Source: an uncultured Planctomycetota bacterium
GTDB lineage: Bacteria > Planctomycetota > Planctomycetia > Isosphaerales > Isosphaeraceae
Assembly: GCA_963823665.1 (NCBI GenBank)
Contig: CAWGMQ010000004.1
Location: 1,184,001 to 1,248,000 of the forward strand
DNA length: 64,000 bases
Direction: 5' to 3'
The notes beneath the pieces are model-generated. The model had not been told where the DNA came from, made no database searches, and saw nothing but the letters and a program-made list of their open reading frames with translations. Shown here in pieces: positions 9,534 to 20,623 of the stretch. Position 1 is the first letter of the stretch, and each line of letters begins with the position of its first letter. The position numbers were made by a program, and so were the translations under genes.

Positions 9534-11642
9534 ATGCCCAGGTTTATTCCGCTGTCTTTTGCCGTCGGATTGCTTACCAGCGTCTGTGGTAGCGCGATGG
9601 CCCAGCAGTTTGCGGACCCCGAGTTCGACGCCAAGGCCATTCGCCCGGCCTTCACCGACACCCACCCGCTTGTCCTGGTCGACGAGGCCCACAATAACTT
9701 CCACACCACCTTCGGCCGCTACAAGCCGTTTGTCGATCTCCTCAAAAACGACGGTTACAATGTCTCGCCCAACAAGGAAAAACTCTCGGCCGATGCCCTC
9801 AAAGACTGCTCGGTTCTCGTGGTGGCAAACGCAATGGGCGCGCCGGCGATGAGAAGCCCTGAGGCAGCAAAACCTGCGTTCGAAAAGGCCGAATGCGACG
9901 CCGTCTACAAATGGATTCAGGCAGGCGGCTCGCTGCTGTTGATCTCCGACCATCACCCCTTTGGCGCCTCGAGCGATCAACTGGCCACGCGGATCGGTGT
10001 CGAGATGGGTAAGAGCACGACATATGACCCGGCCAATTCCGAGACGGGGCTGCCTGCGCAATTGAACTTCACCCGCGTGAACCGCCTGCTCGGTGATCAC
10101 CCGATTCTCTCAGGCCGCGACGGCTCCGAGCGAATCGACCGGGTGCTCACGTTCGCCGGACAATCCTTGAAGGGCCCGAAAAACGCGGCCTCGCTCCTGA
10201 AGTTTTCCCAGACAGCCGTCGACCAGCCCGGCCCCGCCGCCCCCGGCCGCACCGGATCCGCCAGCGGGCGTGCCCAGGGAATCGCCTTCACACTGGGTAA
10301 AGGCAATGTCGTCGTACTCGGAGAGGCCGGAATGCTCTCCGCTCAGGTCAACCGCGGTGGTGGGCGAATGGGCATGAACGTGCCGGGCACTGATAACCGC
10401 CAGTTCGCGCTCAATGCCATGCACTGGCTCTCTCACGTGAAGCTCTCTGCCAAACCCGCGGAGATCGCGGCCAAGTCGGCCAAGGCAGGCGACTCCGGCG
10501 CAGGCTCGAGCGCCGTCGCATCGACCTCATCCGCCGGCACAGCCAAGTCTTCGGCAATGCCCGCGCACCGCACCGAGCCCGCACGCCCGCTCTCCTCTGC
10601 CGACATCGCCGCGGAGTCGGAAGCATCGATCGCCATGATCACTGGCGATGGATCAGTCGGAACCGGCTTCCTTGTCCGGCCCGGAATCCTCGCGACTAAC
10701 GCCCATGTCATCGATAGCGAATTCATCACGACTCTTCGCGTGCGTTTCCCCTCTGCCGAAAAGGATCAGCAGGGCCCGATGACCACCGAGCTTCTCTTTG
10801 AGGATACCCGCCGCGACCTCGCTTTCCTCAAGGTAAAATCGTCGCTGTCGCCACTGCGCGTCGCCCAGTCCTACACCTTCCGTAAGGGGGAAGACATCAC
10901 TGCGATCGGAAATCCCGGCGCCGGCCGTGAGCTGATCCTCGAAAACGCAATTAGCCGCGGGGTCATGAGCACCAAGACGTCGATGGAAGGTCAGCGATAC
11001 TATCAGCTCGGAATCGCCGTGAACCCGGGCAATTCCGGCGGCCCTGTGTTCAATTCCTTCGGCGACGTCATCGGAGTCGTCACTCGCAAAAGCGCCATGC
11101 AAGAGCAGCTTGCCTTTTGCATCCCCGTCGAAGACCTCACTCTCGCCCTTGAAAAGGTGCTAACCTTCCCGCAAGACGCAATCGATCACCAGCAGTCGCA
11201 CCATCGCCTCGTGCTTGCGGTCAAGGAGCTAGGCGCCGGTGGCGCGCTCTACGGCCTCGGCATCGGCATCAAGCGCAATCAAACGTCTGCGAAAGCCAAA
11301 AGAAAAGTCTTCGGCGGCTTTTACGACGCGGCCATCAAACGTCTCGAGCAGCAAACCTTTCCGAGGATGAAAGCGGAAGCGGCCCGGGTGCGAGACGACC
11401 GTCTCGTCTCCAAGGCGACTCGCGACAAGGTCGGTCAGCTCGCCGACAACCTTGAAAAACTCCGAGCTCTCTACGTCGGAAACACCCCGCCCGGCCCAGC
11501 GAACAACCAGCTTGCACAACTGAAGGCCACCCACGTCCGGCTGCTGGTTGACCTGTGCAAGGGCCTGGATCTCGAGATCCCAGCCGAATTGCTCCTCCTG
11601 CTTGGAAACGAGCCAGGTCCAGGAACGCCAGACTCGCCGTGA
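9534..11642 (+). CDS. Exported fusion: DUF4350/GATase-like domain + trypsin-like serine protease
   Basis: Signal peptide; VLVDEAHNNFHT and GGSLLLISDH domain; Ser/Ala linker; TNAHV, RDLA, GNSGGP triad motifs. Confidence 0.85.
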   Translation: MPRFIPLSFAVGLLTSVCGSAMAQQFADPEFDAKAIRPAFTDTHPLVLVDEAHNNFHTTFGRYKPFVDLLKNDGYNVSPNKEKLSADALKDCSVLVVANAMGAPAMRSPEAAKPAFEKAECDAVYKWIQAGGSLLLISDHHPFGASSDQLATRIGVEMGKSTTYDPANSETGLPAQLNFTRVNRLLGDHPILSGRDGSERIDRVLTFAGQSLKGPKNAASLLKFSQTAVDQPGPAAPGRTGSASGRAQGIAFTLGKGNVVVLGEAGMLSAQVNRGGGRMGMNVPGTDNRQFALNAMHWLSHVKLSAKPAEIAAKSAKAGDSGAGSSAVASTSSAGTAKSSAMPAHRTEPARPLSSADIAAESEASIAMITGDGSVGTGFLVRPGILATNAHVIDSEFITTLRVRFPSAEKDQQGPMTTELLFEDTRRDLAFLKVKSSLSPLRVAQSYTFRKGEDITAIGNPGAGRELILENAISRGVMSTKTSMEGQRYYQLGIAVNPGNSGGPVFNSFGDVIGVVTRKSAMQEQLAFCIPVEDLTLALEKVLTFPQDAIDHQQSHHRLVLAVKELGAGGALYGLGIGIKRNQTSAKAKRKVFGGFYDAAIKRLEQQTFPRMKAEAARVRDDRLVSKATRDKVGQLADNLEKLRALYVGNTPPGPANNQLAQLKATHVRLLVDLCKGLDLEIPAELLLLLGNEPGPGTPDSP

Positions 11643-11859
11643 ACTTGAGCTCGCGGTCTATGCCGCTTATGAGGCCAAGCGTGTTTCAGAGGAGATCGGA
11701 ACCGTCGGCAGACAGACGGATATGGCAATTGTCAGCGCCGGACAGAGCGCACGGTTTCTCTCGGAGCAACTGGTAAATGATCGAGAAGAGATGTATCAGC
11801 GCCGGCTCACATTAGGGAAGTCCTACAAGAATGCGATCAGGCGGGCGATCTCACTGTAG
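11638..11859 (+). pseudogene. C-terminal stump of a possible proteasome/Ntn-hydrolase-like gene
   Basis: LAVYAAYEAKRVSEEIGTVGRQTDMAIV resembles the last helix and strand of proteasome-type subunits; no own start codon or RBS. Confidence 0.35.
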
Positions 11860-11896
11860 CGAACAGCACAGAGCGGCGAGTCGCCGACACCCACCC

Positions 11897-11926
11897 ACCG
11901 GATTTTGGGTCCGGCGCGTCTGCCAC
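11897..11926 (-). other. tRNA-Leu(CAA) fragment 4 (3' D arm plus anticodon arm)
   Basis: Minus strand: TGGCAGACGCG-CCGGA-CC CAA AA-TCCGG-T. Confidence 0.75.
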
Positions 11927-12156
11927 CAGCCTGAAGTTGGGCTGACGTTGAATTGACATTGATTTCAGTGGTTTTGCAGGGGTTTACGATAACCCCCACT
12001 GTGCTTCGCATTGTAGTCGCGGTGGGCTGGCACGGGCAACATGTGCAGAAGAATTGCAGAAAATCCTCGACATACCCCGCCTCGCACAGAACGCGTTTCG
12101 ACTGTAATCACAGCAACGCGATCCGATTACACGGACCACCGCACGCAATCGCCTAG

Positions 12157-15100
12157 TTACTTCGCGAACGGGTCGGCGGGGAAGATCGGGTCGTAGAGAA
12201 TCACGGATTCCGCCTCGGTCCGCAGGATGCTGTTCTCCACCTCGTCCCAAAACATATTAGGTTCCACGCTCGGCTTGTAGACGCGCAGCCGCTCGAGAAA
12301 ACGGCGCGCCTCGTCGCGATGACCGAGGTGGTGGTAAGCCATCGCCAAAAACACCCAGTCCTCCGGGCGGCTGTCTCCTTGCCGGTTTCGGATTGCCTCC
12401 TCCAGCCGGACAATGGCGTCTTGGAATCTTCCTGCGCGGTAAAGCGCGGCACCGAGTCTGTTGAAGCCATATGCGCTGTTGCCGGTATTGCCCCGGACGC
12501 CTAACTCAGCCAATCGTACCACCGTTTCATCGTCGGACTTCGCGCCCGGCGCTAGTACGCAGTGACACGCGACCCAGAATGCGACGTCAGAATTGCTTGT
12601 CTCGCCTAACCGGCGGGAGGAGGTTGGAACATAGCTGCCCGTCCAGCTCATGACTCCTGGATCCGACGCTTGGCAACAGCGCCACGACGCGGTCGAAAAC
12701 AGCATGATTACTTGCGATCTCATGCAGGAAATCGGGTTGGCCTTCCCACAACGAGAGGGCGCGCGCGAATTCGGTGGCTGCTTTCTCCGCTTTGTCGCGA
12801 GCTGCATAAAACCGGGCGCGTGCGATTGCGACTTTTCCGCTGAGTGGCCATGCGCCACGGCGTCGTCGAGGGCCGCCTCGGCTTCAATCCAGCGCTTCCG
12901 CTTCGTCCAGACGCTCGCCCGAACTGTTGGATCGGCACCGTAGCGGATGGGGTCGATGAGTAAGCCGGCGTCGGTCGGCGGGGCCCCGCCTAGTCGCCGG
13001 AGTTCTTGACGTCGCTCATGCCATGCCGAGGAATCCAAATGCTGAATGACTCCCTGATCGTCCGCTGCCAAGCCAGTGATGGTCGCGATCCAATTTGCAA
13101 TGCGCGGCAGGTCGTCGTCCACTTCGACGGGGAGCTGCCACTCCCGCCACGTATTCGGCCCCGTCGAAACGAGTGGTCCGTCCCCGGCAGGGACCGCGGT
13201 TAGGACGCTTTTGCCATCGGGTCCGTACGCCACGCGATTGACCGGAAACTCATGGAGCAGAGGTGGACCGACTGGCTGAGAAGTCGCCGCGTCCTAGTTG
13301 AGGCGGCGTTCCAGCGTTGCACTTCATTGCCGCCCGCGGTGAATATGGTCTTGCCGTCGGCGCTATATGCCACGAGATTAACGTAAGAGCTTCCAAGTTG
13401 ACCGAGAGGCCGGGCTGCAGCAGCGTCCCAGAGTCGCGCTCCGTCTGAGCCTCCGGTTACGACGGTGTGGCCATCCGGACTGAACGCGACGGACGAAACC
13501 GACTGCTGATGCATCATTGGCGGCCCGACAGACTGGGCTGAACTGGTCTGCCAAAGCCGTGCACTCCTGCCACTGGCGATGATGATTAACTTGCCGTCGG
13601 GACTGTAGACCGCGGATGTAATGGCGTTTTCATTTCGTATTGCGCGACCTATGGGTTCGCACGTATCGGGATCCCACACTTGCGCCGTCACACCTCGCGT
13701 GACGGAGAGGATTGTCTTTCCATCGGGGCCGAAGGCGACGTACGAGACCGGTCCTTCATGGGAAAGTAATCCTCGGAGTTCCGGACAGTGGTATCGCCAA
13801 TACGACAAGTTCATGCGGGCCAGGCGTTGCCAAGCGTGATCCTGTGCCAGCGCCGCGGCCCGCCACGTCTCGACAAGCCAGACCAAGCCATCGCTAGCTT
13901 GGTTGCCTTCGAACGCGCGTTTTGCTCGCTCGAAGTAAAGCATCGCCAGCCGACGGTTCGTGTCGGCCAGCGAGATCTCCAAGTTGTTGTTCAGCCCGCT
14001 AATCTTCGCGGCCGCCTCGGCTCGCTCGTCGCCGCGCTGGCGCTGCTCGTTCGCGTAAAGGGTGGTGGTTTCCACCAGGCGAGTCTGCTGAGCGGCGTAG
14101 AGTAAGGACAACACAGCCACGGCCACGATCGCGGTTGTCACGAGCGTAGCTGCCACCGCCGCGACAGGATTTCGGCGGCACCACATCCAGAAACGCGCGG
14201 CGTTCCCCACGGGCCGCGCCGCAATCGGCTCGCCGGCAAGCCAACACCTCAAATCCTCAGCAAGCGCATCTGCACTCCGGTAACGCCGACGTGGATCCTT
14301 TTCCAGACACTTCAGGCAGATTGCCTCCAGATCGTGTGGCACCCGTGCGTTCCGCTTTGAAGGAGGCTCCGCTGGCCGCTCGCGCACTTGCTCGAGCGTG
14401 TCGATCACCGAGTCGCCGCCAAACGGCGCTTTACCGGTCAACAGCACGTAGAGGACGGCCCCCAGGCCATAGACGTCGGTGGCCGTCGTCACGGCCCCCC
14501 GCTTACCCGACGCCTGCTCGGGAGCCATGTAGGCCGGTGTCCCTAAGATCGCGCCCGTCTGCGTGAGCCCGCTGTCTCCTTCGACCCGCTTCGCCAAACC
14601 GAAGTCCGTGACATGAGGTCTCCTCTCCGCATCGATCAAGATATTCGCCGGCTTCAGATCACGGTGGAGGATGCCTCGCTGATGCGCATGGTGGACCGCA
14701 CCCGCGGTGATCGACATGAGCTCGGCGGCCTGCTTGGGTTTGGCCATATAGTCCCTCGGCCGCCTGTCGAGGCTCGCGCCCGCGATCAGCTTCATGCTGA
14801 AGTAGTGCTGATCCTCAAGCTGGCCGACCTCGAAAATCGGCACAATGTTCGGATGATCAAGCCGGGCGACCGCCTCGGACACATTCTGAAACCGCCGGAT
14901 CTCATCGGCTGACGCGAACCGTGCGGCCTTGATCATCTTCAAGGCGACCAAGCGGTTCAGGCTGAGCTGCCGAGCCTTGTAGACGATTCCCATTCCGCCC
15001 TCGCCAAGTACATTCTGCAGCTCGTAATCGCCGAAGTAGCCGACCAGCGTCCCCGCTGGGAGGGGAGACGCATTCGGACCGTTCTGAACAGCCGACGTCG

Positions 15101-15410
15101 CGTCGACAAGGCCCGTTTCAGACATGCAAGGACGATCGGAGGAGTCCACCGTGACGCCATCAGCGACTGGCGATCCGGTCAGCGGACCAGCGGCAAGCGG
15201 TTGTTCAACGGCCGGCATGCCCGATCCTTCCGCGGGCTGGCGGAGCCGGTCGACGAAACCGTCAGGCTCTATCTCAGCAACCTGACGCCGGCAATCGGAG
15301 CAGTGCTCAAGATGTTCACGGACGATCGCGGCCGAGGCGTCATTGATCGCGCCCAAGGCGTAAGCACGTAAGGTCTCGGGCGTCGGATGAGGGGAGGCTT
15401 GGGCGTCCAT
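12157..15410 (-). CDS. Ser/Thr kinase with TM segment, WD40 repeats and C-terminal TPR (frameshifted near 13280 and 12600-12860)
   Basis: Zinc-finger-like HLEHCSDC; GEGGMG, VALK, HRDLKPAN, DFG, YMAPE; WD40 VAFSPDG repeats; TPR and ILYDPIFPADPF end. Confidence 0.85.
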
Positions 15411-15814
15411 AAAGGAAATCTCCCGCTTCGGGTCGCCCCGGCCATCGGGGCCCGCCTCAAACACAAAGACGTCTTGGGCGGGGCAGACTTGCAGAGTAAA
15501 CCAAAATCATCTCAAAAAATCGCCGGCACTGCGCGTGCTGAGTATTCGACACTTGGATGGATCGGCGCGTTGTCGGCGAGCACCGTCGCGCCCAGCCCGG
15601 CGTCGGAGCATTCGAGCATGTGAGAACGTACGGTAATGTACCGCGTGCTGAGTTGCCGCTCCAGTGAGTGCGGTCAATTACATATCCGCAAATCCTGCAC
15701 GATTCTCGAGTGACGATAGGAATGCCGGCGCCGACAAGGGGTTGGGCACTCGCACATCGACGCACTTCACAACAATGTCGGAGCCCGCCCGGCTGACGCG
15801 GAACATGCGAGGAA

Positions 15815-16663
15815 TCACTCCGCGGAAGTAGCGGCGGGCCATTGCAATTTGAAGGGGATTTCTGTCATTCCGATTTCCGTGAATATTCGCAATGCGCACT
15901 CAAAAACCCTTGCTTGTTCACGGCAGGCGGGGCTGTCAGCCAGTTCGAAATAGGCTCCCGCGCGAGATATCTCTTGTGGCAGCAGTTCACTCCTTTGGGT
16001 ACACATGACAAATCGATCTCGCTTTCCAAGGTCTATCACGCTCGACTGGTCTCCTACAAATAACAGGCGATCGGGAAAAACGATGGCGAAGCGGGTGCGT
16101 CCGATATTAACCAAAGTGTTGCTCGAATTCTTGAGATCGTAATTCAAAAGAAGTTGATTAGGATTAGGCACTCCCCAACCTGGTACAAATGCATTCTTTA
16201 CAAGCTCTATTCCGTTTATGTAATGCTTTAGCACAGAAGGAAAGCCCAGTTGCCGCTCATCGGGATACCTCGCAAAGTGTCTCACACGAGCCTTCAACTC
16301 TTTCTTGAGTCGCGTGACACTTTTCTCGTAAATGATGTGAGGATAGTGCATCAGGTCGAATGGGATGTCGCTTACGTTCTGTGTCAATAGGATTGTCCGC
16401 TTACCCAGCGCGTGAGCGTAACCGGTTTCGTAAAAAACGTTCGCATTTCTTCCTGTCATGTCGGCAACGATGATGTCAGCTTTTGAGATTTGGTTGTAAA
16501 TACGCTCAAGCATACTCTCATGAAACATCTGTTCATCGACCCTCGCGCAATACGTCCCCGCTTCCTGGCACGCAGCTTTGATGCCGAGCTTGTAGACATC
16601 GTCGAACGCTGTATCAAACGGCATGAGCACAAACACGAATGGTTTTGGGGTCGTGCCTGACAT
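15815..16663 (-). CDS. Nucleoside 2-deoxyribosyltransferase/TIR-like domain protein with an unknown C-terminal domain
   Basis: FVLMPF, ADIIVADMTGRNANVFYETGYAHALGK, IPFDL; RBS GGGAGG; visibly AT-richer than the flanks. Confidence 0.8.
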   Translation of the reverse strand: MSGTTPKPFVFVLMPFDTAFDDVYKLGIKAACQEAGTYCARVDEQMFHESMLERIYNQISKADIIVADMTGRNANVFYETGYAHALGKRTILLTQNVSDIPFDLMHYPHIIYEKSVTRLKKELKARVRHFARYPDERQLGFPSVLKHYINGIELVKNAFVPGWGVPNPNQLLLNYDLKNSSNTLVNIGRTRFAIVFPDRLLFVGDQSSVIDLGKRDRFVMCTQRSELLPQEISRAGAYFELADSPACREQARVFECALRIFTEIGMTEIPFKLQWPAATSAE

Positions 16664-17751
16664 CTCGTAGCGCCTCCCCGCTAAGGCGCTCCCGTTGTCG
16701 GCGCCTTCAATACGCCAACGAGCGCCTGAACCTGTCACGAGCGGCAAGGTTGACCGGGTCTCAGCGCTCCATGGTAACGAACGGGCTGTCGCGAATCATC
16801 ACGCTGGAAAGAGCCGTGTCAAATCGATCGAGGCTTGGTTCCGTGGACACCCTGTCGATGTTGTTCTGCCAGTCCCACGGATTCCCGGCCGCGAAACCGC
16901 CACCGGACCCGCCAGGAATCACGCGGGCCAAGGATCAGCCTCAACACTGGCTTTGCTGAGATGTCAGCTTCAACGCTTCGTTGGGCTGTTTGAGATACGG
17001 CTCGCGCATGAGCAGAAAAAGCGGCAAGCCAATGGACACACCAACTAACAGCGTTCCGACCACGGGCGCCCAAAGCTGCTTCATGTTCAGCCGACGGCCC
17101 TCAGCGAGAACGAAACCCATGGGCGGAGAGCGTGCCGCCGGCGGTCCACGGTTTTAGAGGACCGCCGCGGCTTGCGGCGTTCGGCATCGCGCCCGACATT
17201 CGTGCAACAGGCTAACCGCGCCAAAGCATCGCCCCAGCCGAGCAACATCCGCCGGACTCCCTTGGCTGGGATCGTGCCAGCATCGCGCAGCCGGATCGGG
17301 GGACAGGATCGGGGAACAGCACGAACGGGGCCGCGTCGCCCCAGGGATTGCTCCCTGGGGCTCCCACAGATCCTGCAGACGGTGTCTCGACCGCGCTGAT
17401 CTCCAGCGACGGAGGCGAAGCTCATTGACAGATACTCTGCCAGCATCAGGAGCCCAACCGCATCGACACGTCCGATGGTAGGAGCTTGACGGCGAATACC
17501 AGACATGTTGAACTTGTGTTTAACCTCCGCGTCGGACCAGCTCCATGGCTCCAGGGTCGGCCATTGCATCGCGAATTCTCTCGGCTTAACCACTTACGAC
17601 GATTCGTATCGCCGCTCGATTTTTCCTTTCAGCGATCAGAGTTCGAAAGGTAATCCTCCCCGCCGAGGAGTGCCGGATCCGCCCGGCGCGGCTTTCCTCG
17701 CGCGGGCCGAGAAGCCGCAACAACCCCGGTATCTGATCCCCGTGAGGAGGC

Positions 17752-18411
17752 ATGGCGATGACAGCGACGACGACTCAGCCCGGACTGTTCGACGACATGC
17801 GTGATCGCGCCAAGCAAGGGCCGGCGTGGTCTCGGTTCAACCAGATGTACGGCCCCGCTATCCATCGGCAACTGGCGCGCTGGGGCTTACAGGAGGCCGA
17901 CATTGAAGATGTCAGGCAGGAGGTCCTGCTGGCTGTCTTCAGCGTCATGCCCGGGTTCCGCTATGACCCGTCAGAGTCGTTCCGGGGCTACCTCTACCAG
18001 GTGGTGCGGTCGAAGTATCTGACCCACATCAGACGTCCAGCGAACCGGGCCAAGGCACGAGGGGGCACCTCGACGGCCCAGTTCCTCGCTGCGCAGCCCG
18101 ACACGCGCGGTTCATCGCGGGATGCCGAGGCGCGACTCCGCCAGGCCCTGCCCGAGCAGGAGGTCCCGCTCGACGAGGAGCTCTGGAAGCAGGATTGCAG
18201 CAAGGCGGTCCTGACCTGGGCTGTCAAGCGCGTCCGGGTCAGGAGCGAGATGCACGATCGCTCGTTCGAGATCTATGTCCGGACAACGATCAACGGCGAA
18301 GCGGTGGCGGAAGTCGCTGCGTCTCTCGGTGAGTCCCCCGGCGCGGTCCACGTGGCCAGGTCGCGGGTCAAGAAGCTGGTCAAGGCAGAGTTGGAGCATT
18401 TCGTCGACTGA
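17752..18411 (+). CDS. ECF sigma-70 factor (kinase-associated type)
   Basis: AWSRFNQMY, EDVRQEV, FRYDPSESFRGYL, region 4 GAVHVARSRV; RBS GAGGAGG. Confidence 0.9.
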   Translation: MAMTATTTQPGLFDDMRDRAKQGPAWSRFNQMYGPAIHRQLARWGLQEADIEDVRQEVLLAVFSVMPGFRYDPSESFRGYLYQVVRSKYLTHIRRPANRAKARGGTSTAQFLAAQPDTRGSSRDAEARLRQALPEQEVPLDEELWKQDCSKAVLTWAVKRVRVRSEMHDRSFEIYVRTTINGEAVAEVAASLGESPGAVHVARSRVKKLVKAELEHFVD

Positions 18412-18526
18412 AAAAACCCGGGCGGGCGGGGCAGACTCACCGTATCCGCCTCTTCGCACGGACATCTCCCTGGTCGATTGGTCGGCAGCCGGTCATGCAA
18501 AGGGTTCAGGCCCTGGAGGTGCCACC

Positions 18527-20623
18527 GTGAGTTCGGGCAGTATCGACGTCAGCAATCCGGGCCGTCGACTCGTCGAGCAGCATGAAGGTCTGCCACTGAA
18601 CTTCCTGGACCACCCGAATGATCTCGAGCCAGGTCTCGAGGGGCGGATCGGTCGGCGCGGCGACGGTTACTACCTGGACGTGCATAAGAAGCTCACGCCG
18701 GGGGCAATGGCGGTCGTGTTCCTTGCGACTGAGAAGTCGCTTGTCCCGGGGACGCAGACTTGGGCCAGTCGTAAAGTCGTCGTCAAGGTGATCCGCGCCA
18801 ACCTCGCCTCCGACCCGCTCATTCTTCAGCGCTTCGTTCGCGAGCTCGAGGCGCTCCACGAGATCCCGTCACAGTTCATCGTCACCGCTCACCGTGTGAG
18901 TGAGTGGAAGAATCTTCCCTACTTTGTGATGGAGTATCTCGACGGCGGCGACCTGACAGCGTGGCGGCGGCAGTTCGACAAGTCTCCCCGCCACGCCGAG
19001 TTGGTCAGGGTCCTGATCGCTGTGACCAGCGGACTTCGCGACATGCATCTCAAGGGGCGGAAGCACCGCGACCTGAAGCCCGCCAACGTCCTGTGGAATC
19101 GCACCGAGGACTTGTTCAAGGTCGGCGATCTCGGGCTCGTGAAGCACGAGCGGCCCGGCCAGCCCCAGACGCACATCCCGGGTCGCCCCTTCGGCTCCGT
19201 GGGTTACATCCCGCCCGAACAGTTCGACGGCGAGGAGCCCGGCATCCGCGGCGACCTGTACTCGCTGGGGTGCCTCGCGTACTTCCTCGCCTCGGGCGAC
19301 GCGCCGTTCCAGGACGAGGTGGCCAACCGCCGCGCGAGACCCATGCCGCTCCGAGGACGGGAACCTCCTTTGCCAGAGCCCCTCGTCAAGCTCATTGAGA
19401 AGCTGATGGCGCGGAAACCGCGTATGCGCCCGGCCTCCGCGAGCGAGGTGCTCAAGGAGCTCGAAGAGCTTCAGATGCAGCCCGCAACGCCGGCTCCTCG
19501 CCCGCGTGCTCGATTCCTGCCCAGGGTCGCCGCGATCGCCGTCGCCGCGGGCCTGGTGGTCGTCGCGATGGCCTGGGCCCTTCGCGACAGGCTGCAGCAG
19601 CTCCTCGCAATGGACCCAAATACGAAGTCGAGAGTCTCGGAAGTGCCGGGACACCACGCGGCACCTCCGCCCGGGCCGGCCCAAAAGGACCTGGGCACCG
19701 TGACTGTTCAACGGCCGGTTCAAAGCGAGGCGAGCGTCCCGGTGCCACCGAAACGGGTCGAACCGCCCGATGACGGCAAGCTATTTGGTCCCCGGCCCGG
19801 CGACCCTTCCGAGCCGCCGACCGATCTCGCGAATGTCGAGGCAGCCACCGACGCGGCGAGTCCAGGTCGCCCGGTCCTTTCCCTGGTCGATCTCAACCCC
19901 GACCCGAAGTTCTTGATGGGCGACATCGGGGATATCCAGACATCGGGCGCAGGCGGGTCAATCCAGTATGCTGTCTCATTCGAGGGTCGGGCACCCCACT
20001 TCTGGGACAAGCAGTTCGTCGCGCCTGACGACCATCCTGGCACCCTCGCCATCCGTTCTGACAAGCACGCGGGGTTCGTCGGCGCCCTGTGGCTCGCAAA
20101 GGGATCCCGCACGCCGGGACAGAGATGGTGGGAACAGGAAGACGCCGGCCGCGACCTTCGCCGCATCCGCCCGACCCACGTGACCTGGGATGTCTCGGTC
20201 TCCGATGTCGAGCCGAAGGAGGCTTCCGTGCGTGTGGAGTTCTTCCTCGGCGTCGAGGACCGGTGGGTCTGGGTGCCCGAACAAGACAATCCCGACCGTG
20301 CCCGCAAGGTGGACATCAAACGCCCCGACTCGCTCGGCCGTCTCACCCTCGCCGTCGACAACCAAACATTCAAGGACGGCGAGAGCCGGACGCTCCGAGC
20401 CCAGTTCCCGACTCGAGAAGACGCCAAGCTTTCGAACGTCCGCGGGCTCTTCGGCTGGTCCATCACGGCCCCGACGTCCCCGGTCTCCGGCGCCGCGACG
20501 GCCCTGAGATTCACGATCTCCAACGTCCGTTATATCCGGGAGGACCCGACCCATGACTCATCCCGCGACCAGACCCAGCCCCGAACTGAACCCGCACCAT
20601 CGCCCGCGGCCGGCACGCCGTGA
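18527..20623 (+). CDS. Membrane Ser/Thr kinase with an extracytoplasmic CBM-like beta-sandwich domain
   Basis: GTG 18527 with GGAGG; GAMAVV, VVVK, HRDLKPANVL, DLG, YIPPE; TM VAAIAVAAGLVVVAMAWAL; Pro-rich linker; MGDIGDI module. Confidence 0.85.
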   Translation: MSSGSIDVSNPGRRLVEQHEGLPLNFLDHPNDLEPGLEGRIGRRGDGYYLDVHKKLTPGAMAVVFLATEKSLVPGTQTWASRKVVVKVIRANLASDPLILQRFVRELEALHEIPSQFIVTAHRVSEWKNLPYFVMEYLDGGDLTAWRRQFDKSPRHAELVRVLIAVTSGLRDMHLKGRKHRDLKPANVLWNRTEDLFKVGDLGLVKHERPGQPQTHIPGRPFGSVGYIPPEQFDGEEPGIRGDLYSLGCLAYFLASGDAPFQDEVANRRARPMPLRGREPPLPEPLVKLIEKLMARKPRMRPASASEVLKELEELQMQPATPAPRPRARFLPRVAAIAVAAGLVVVAMAWALRDRLQQLLAMDPNTKSRVSEVPGHHAAPPPGPAQKDLGTVTVQRPVQSEASVPVPPKRVEPPDDGKLFGPRPGDPSEPPTDLANVEAATDAASPGRPVLSLVDLNPDPKFLMGDIGDIQTSGAGGSIQYAVSFEGRAPHFWDKQFVAPDDHPGTLAIRSDKHAGFVGALWLAKGSRTPGQRWWEQEDAGRDLRRIRPTHVTWDVSVSDVEPKEASVRVEFFLGVEDRWVWVPEQDNPDRARKVDIKRPDSLGRLTLAVDNQTFKDGESRTLRAQFPTREDAKLSNVRGLFGWSITAPTSPVSGAATALRFTISNVRYIREDPTHDSSRDQTQPRTEPAPSPAAGTP

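Noticed and set aside
16695..17640. Possible decayed genes between the NDT-like gene and the ECF sigma
   Set aside because: No recognisable motifs in any frame, so no call can be supported.
18275..18526. Longer kinase N-terminus given by the ORF track
   Set aside because: Overlaps the sigma gene; GTG 18527 has a proper RBS.
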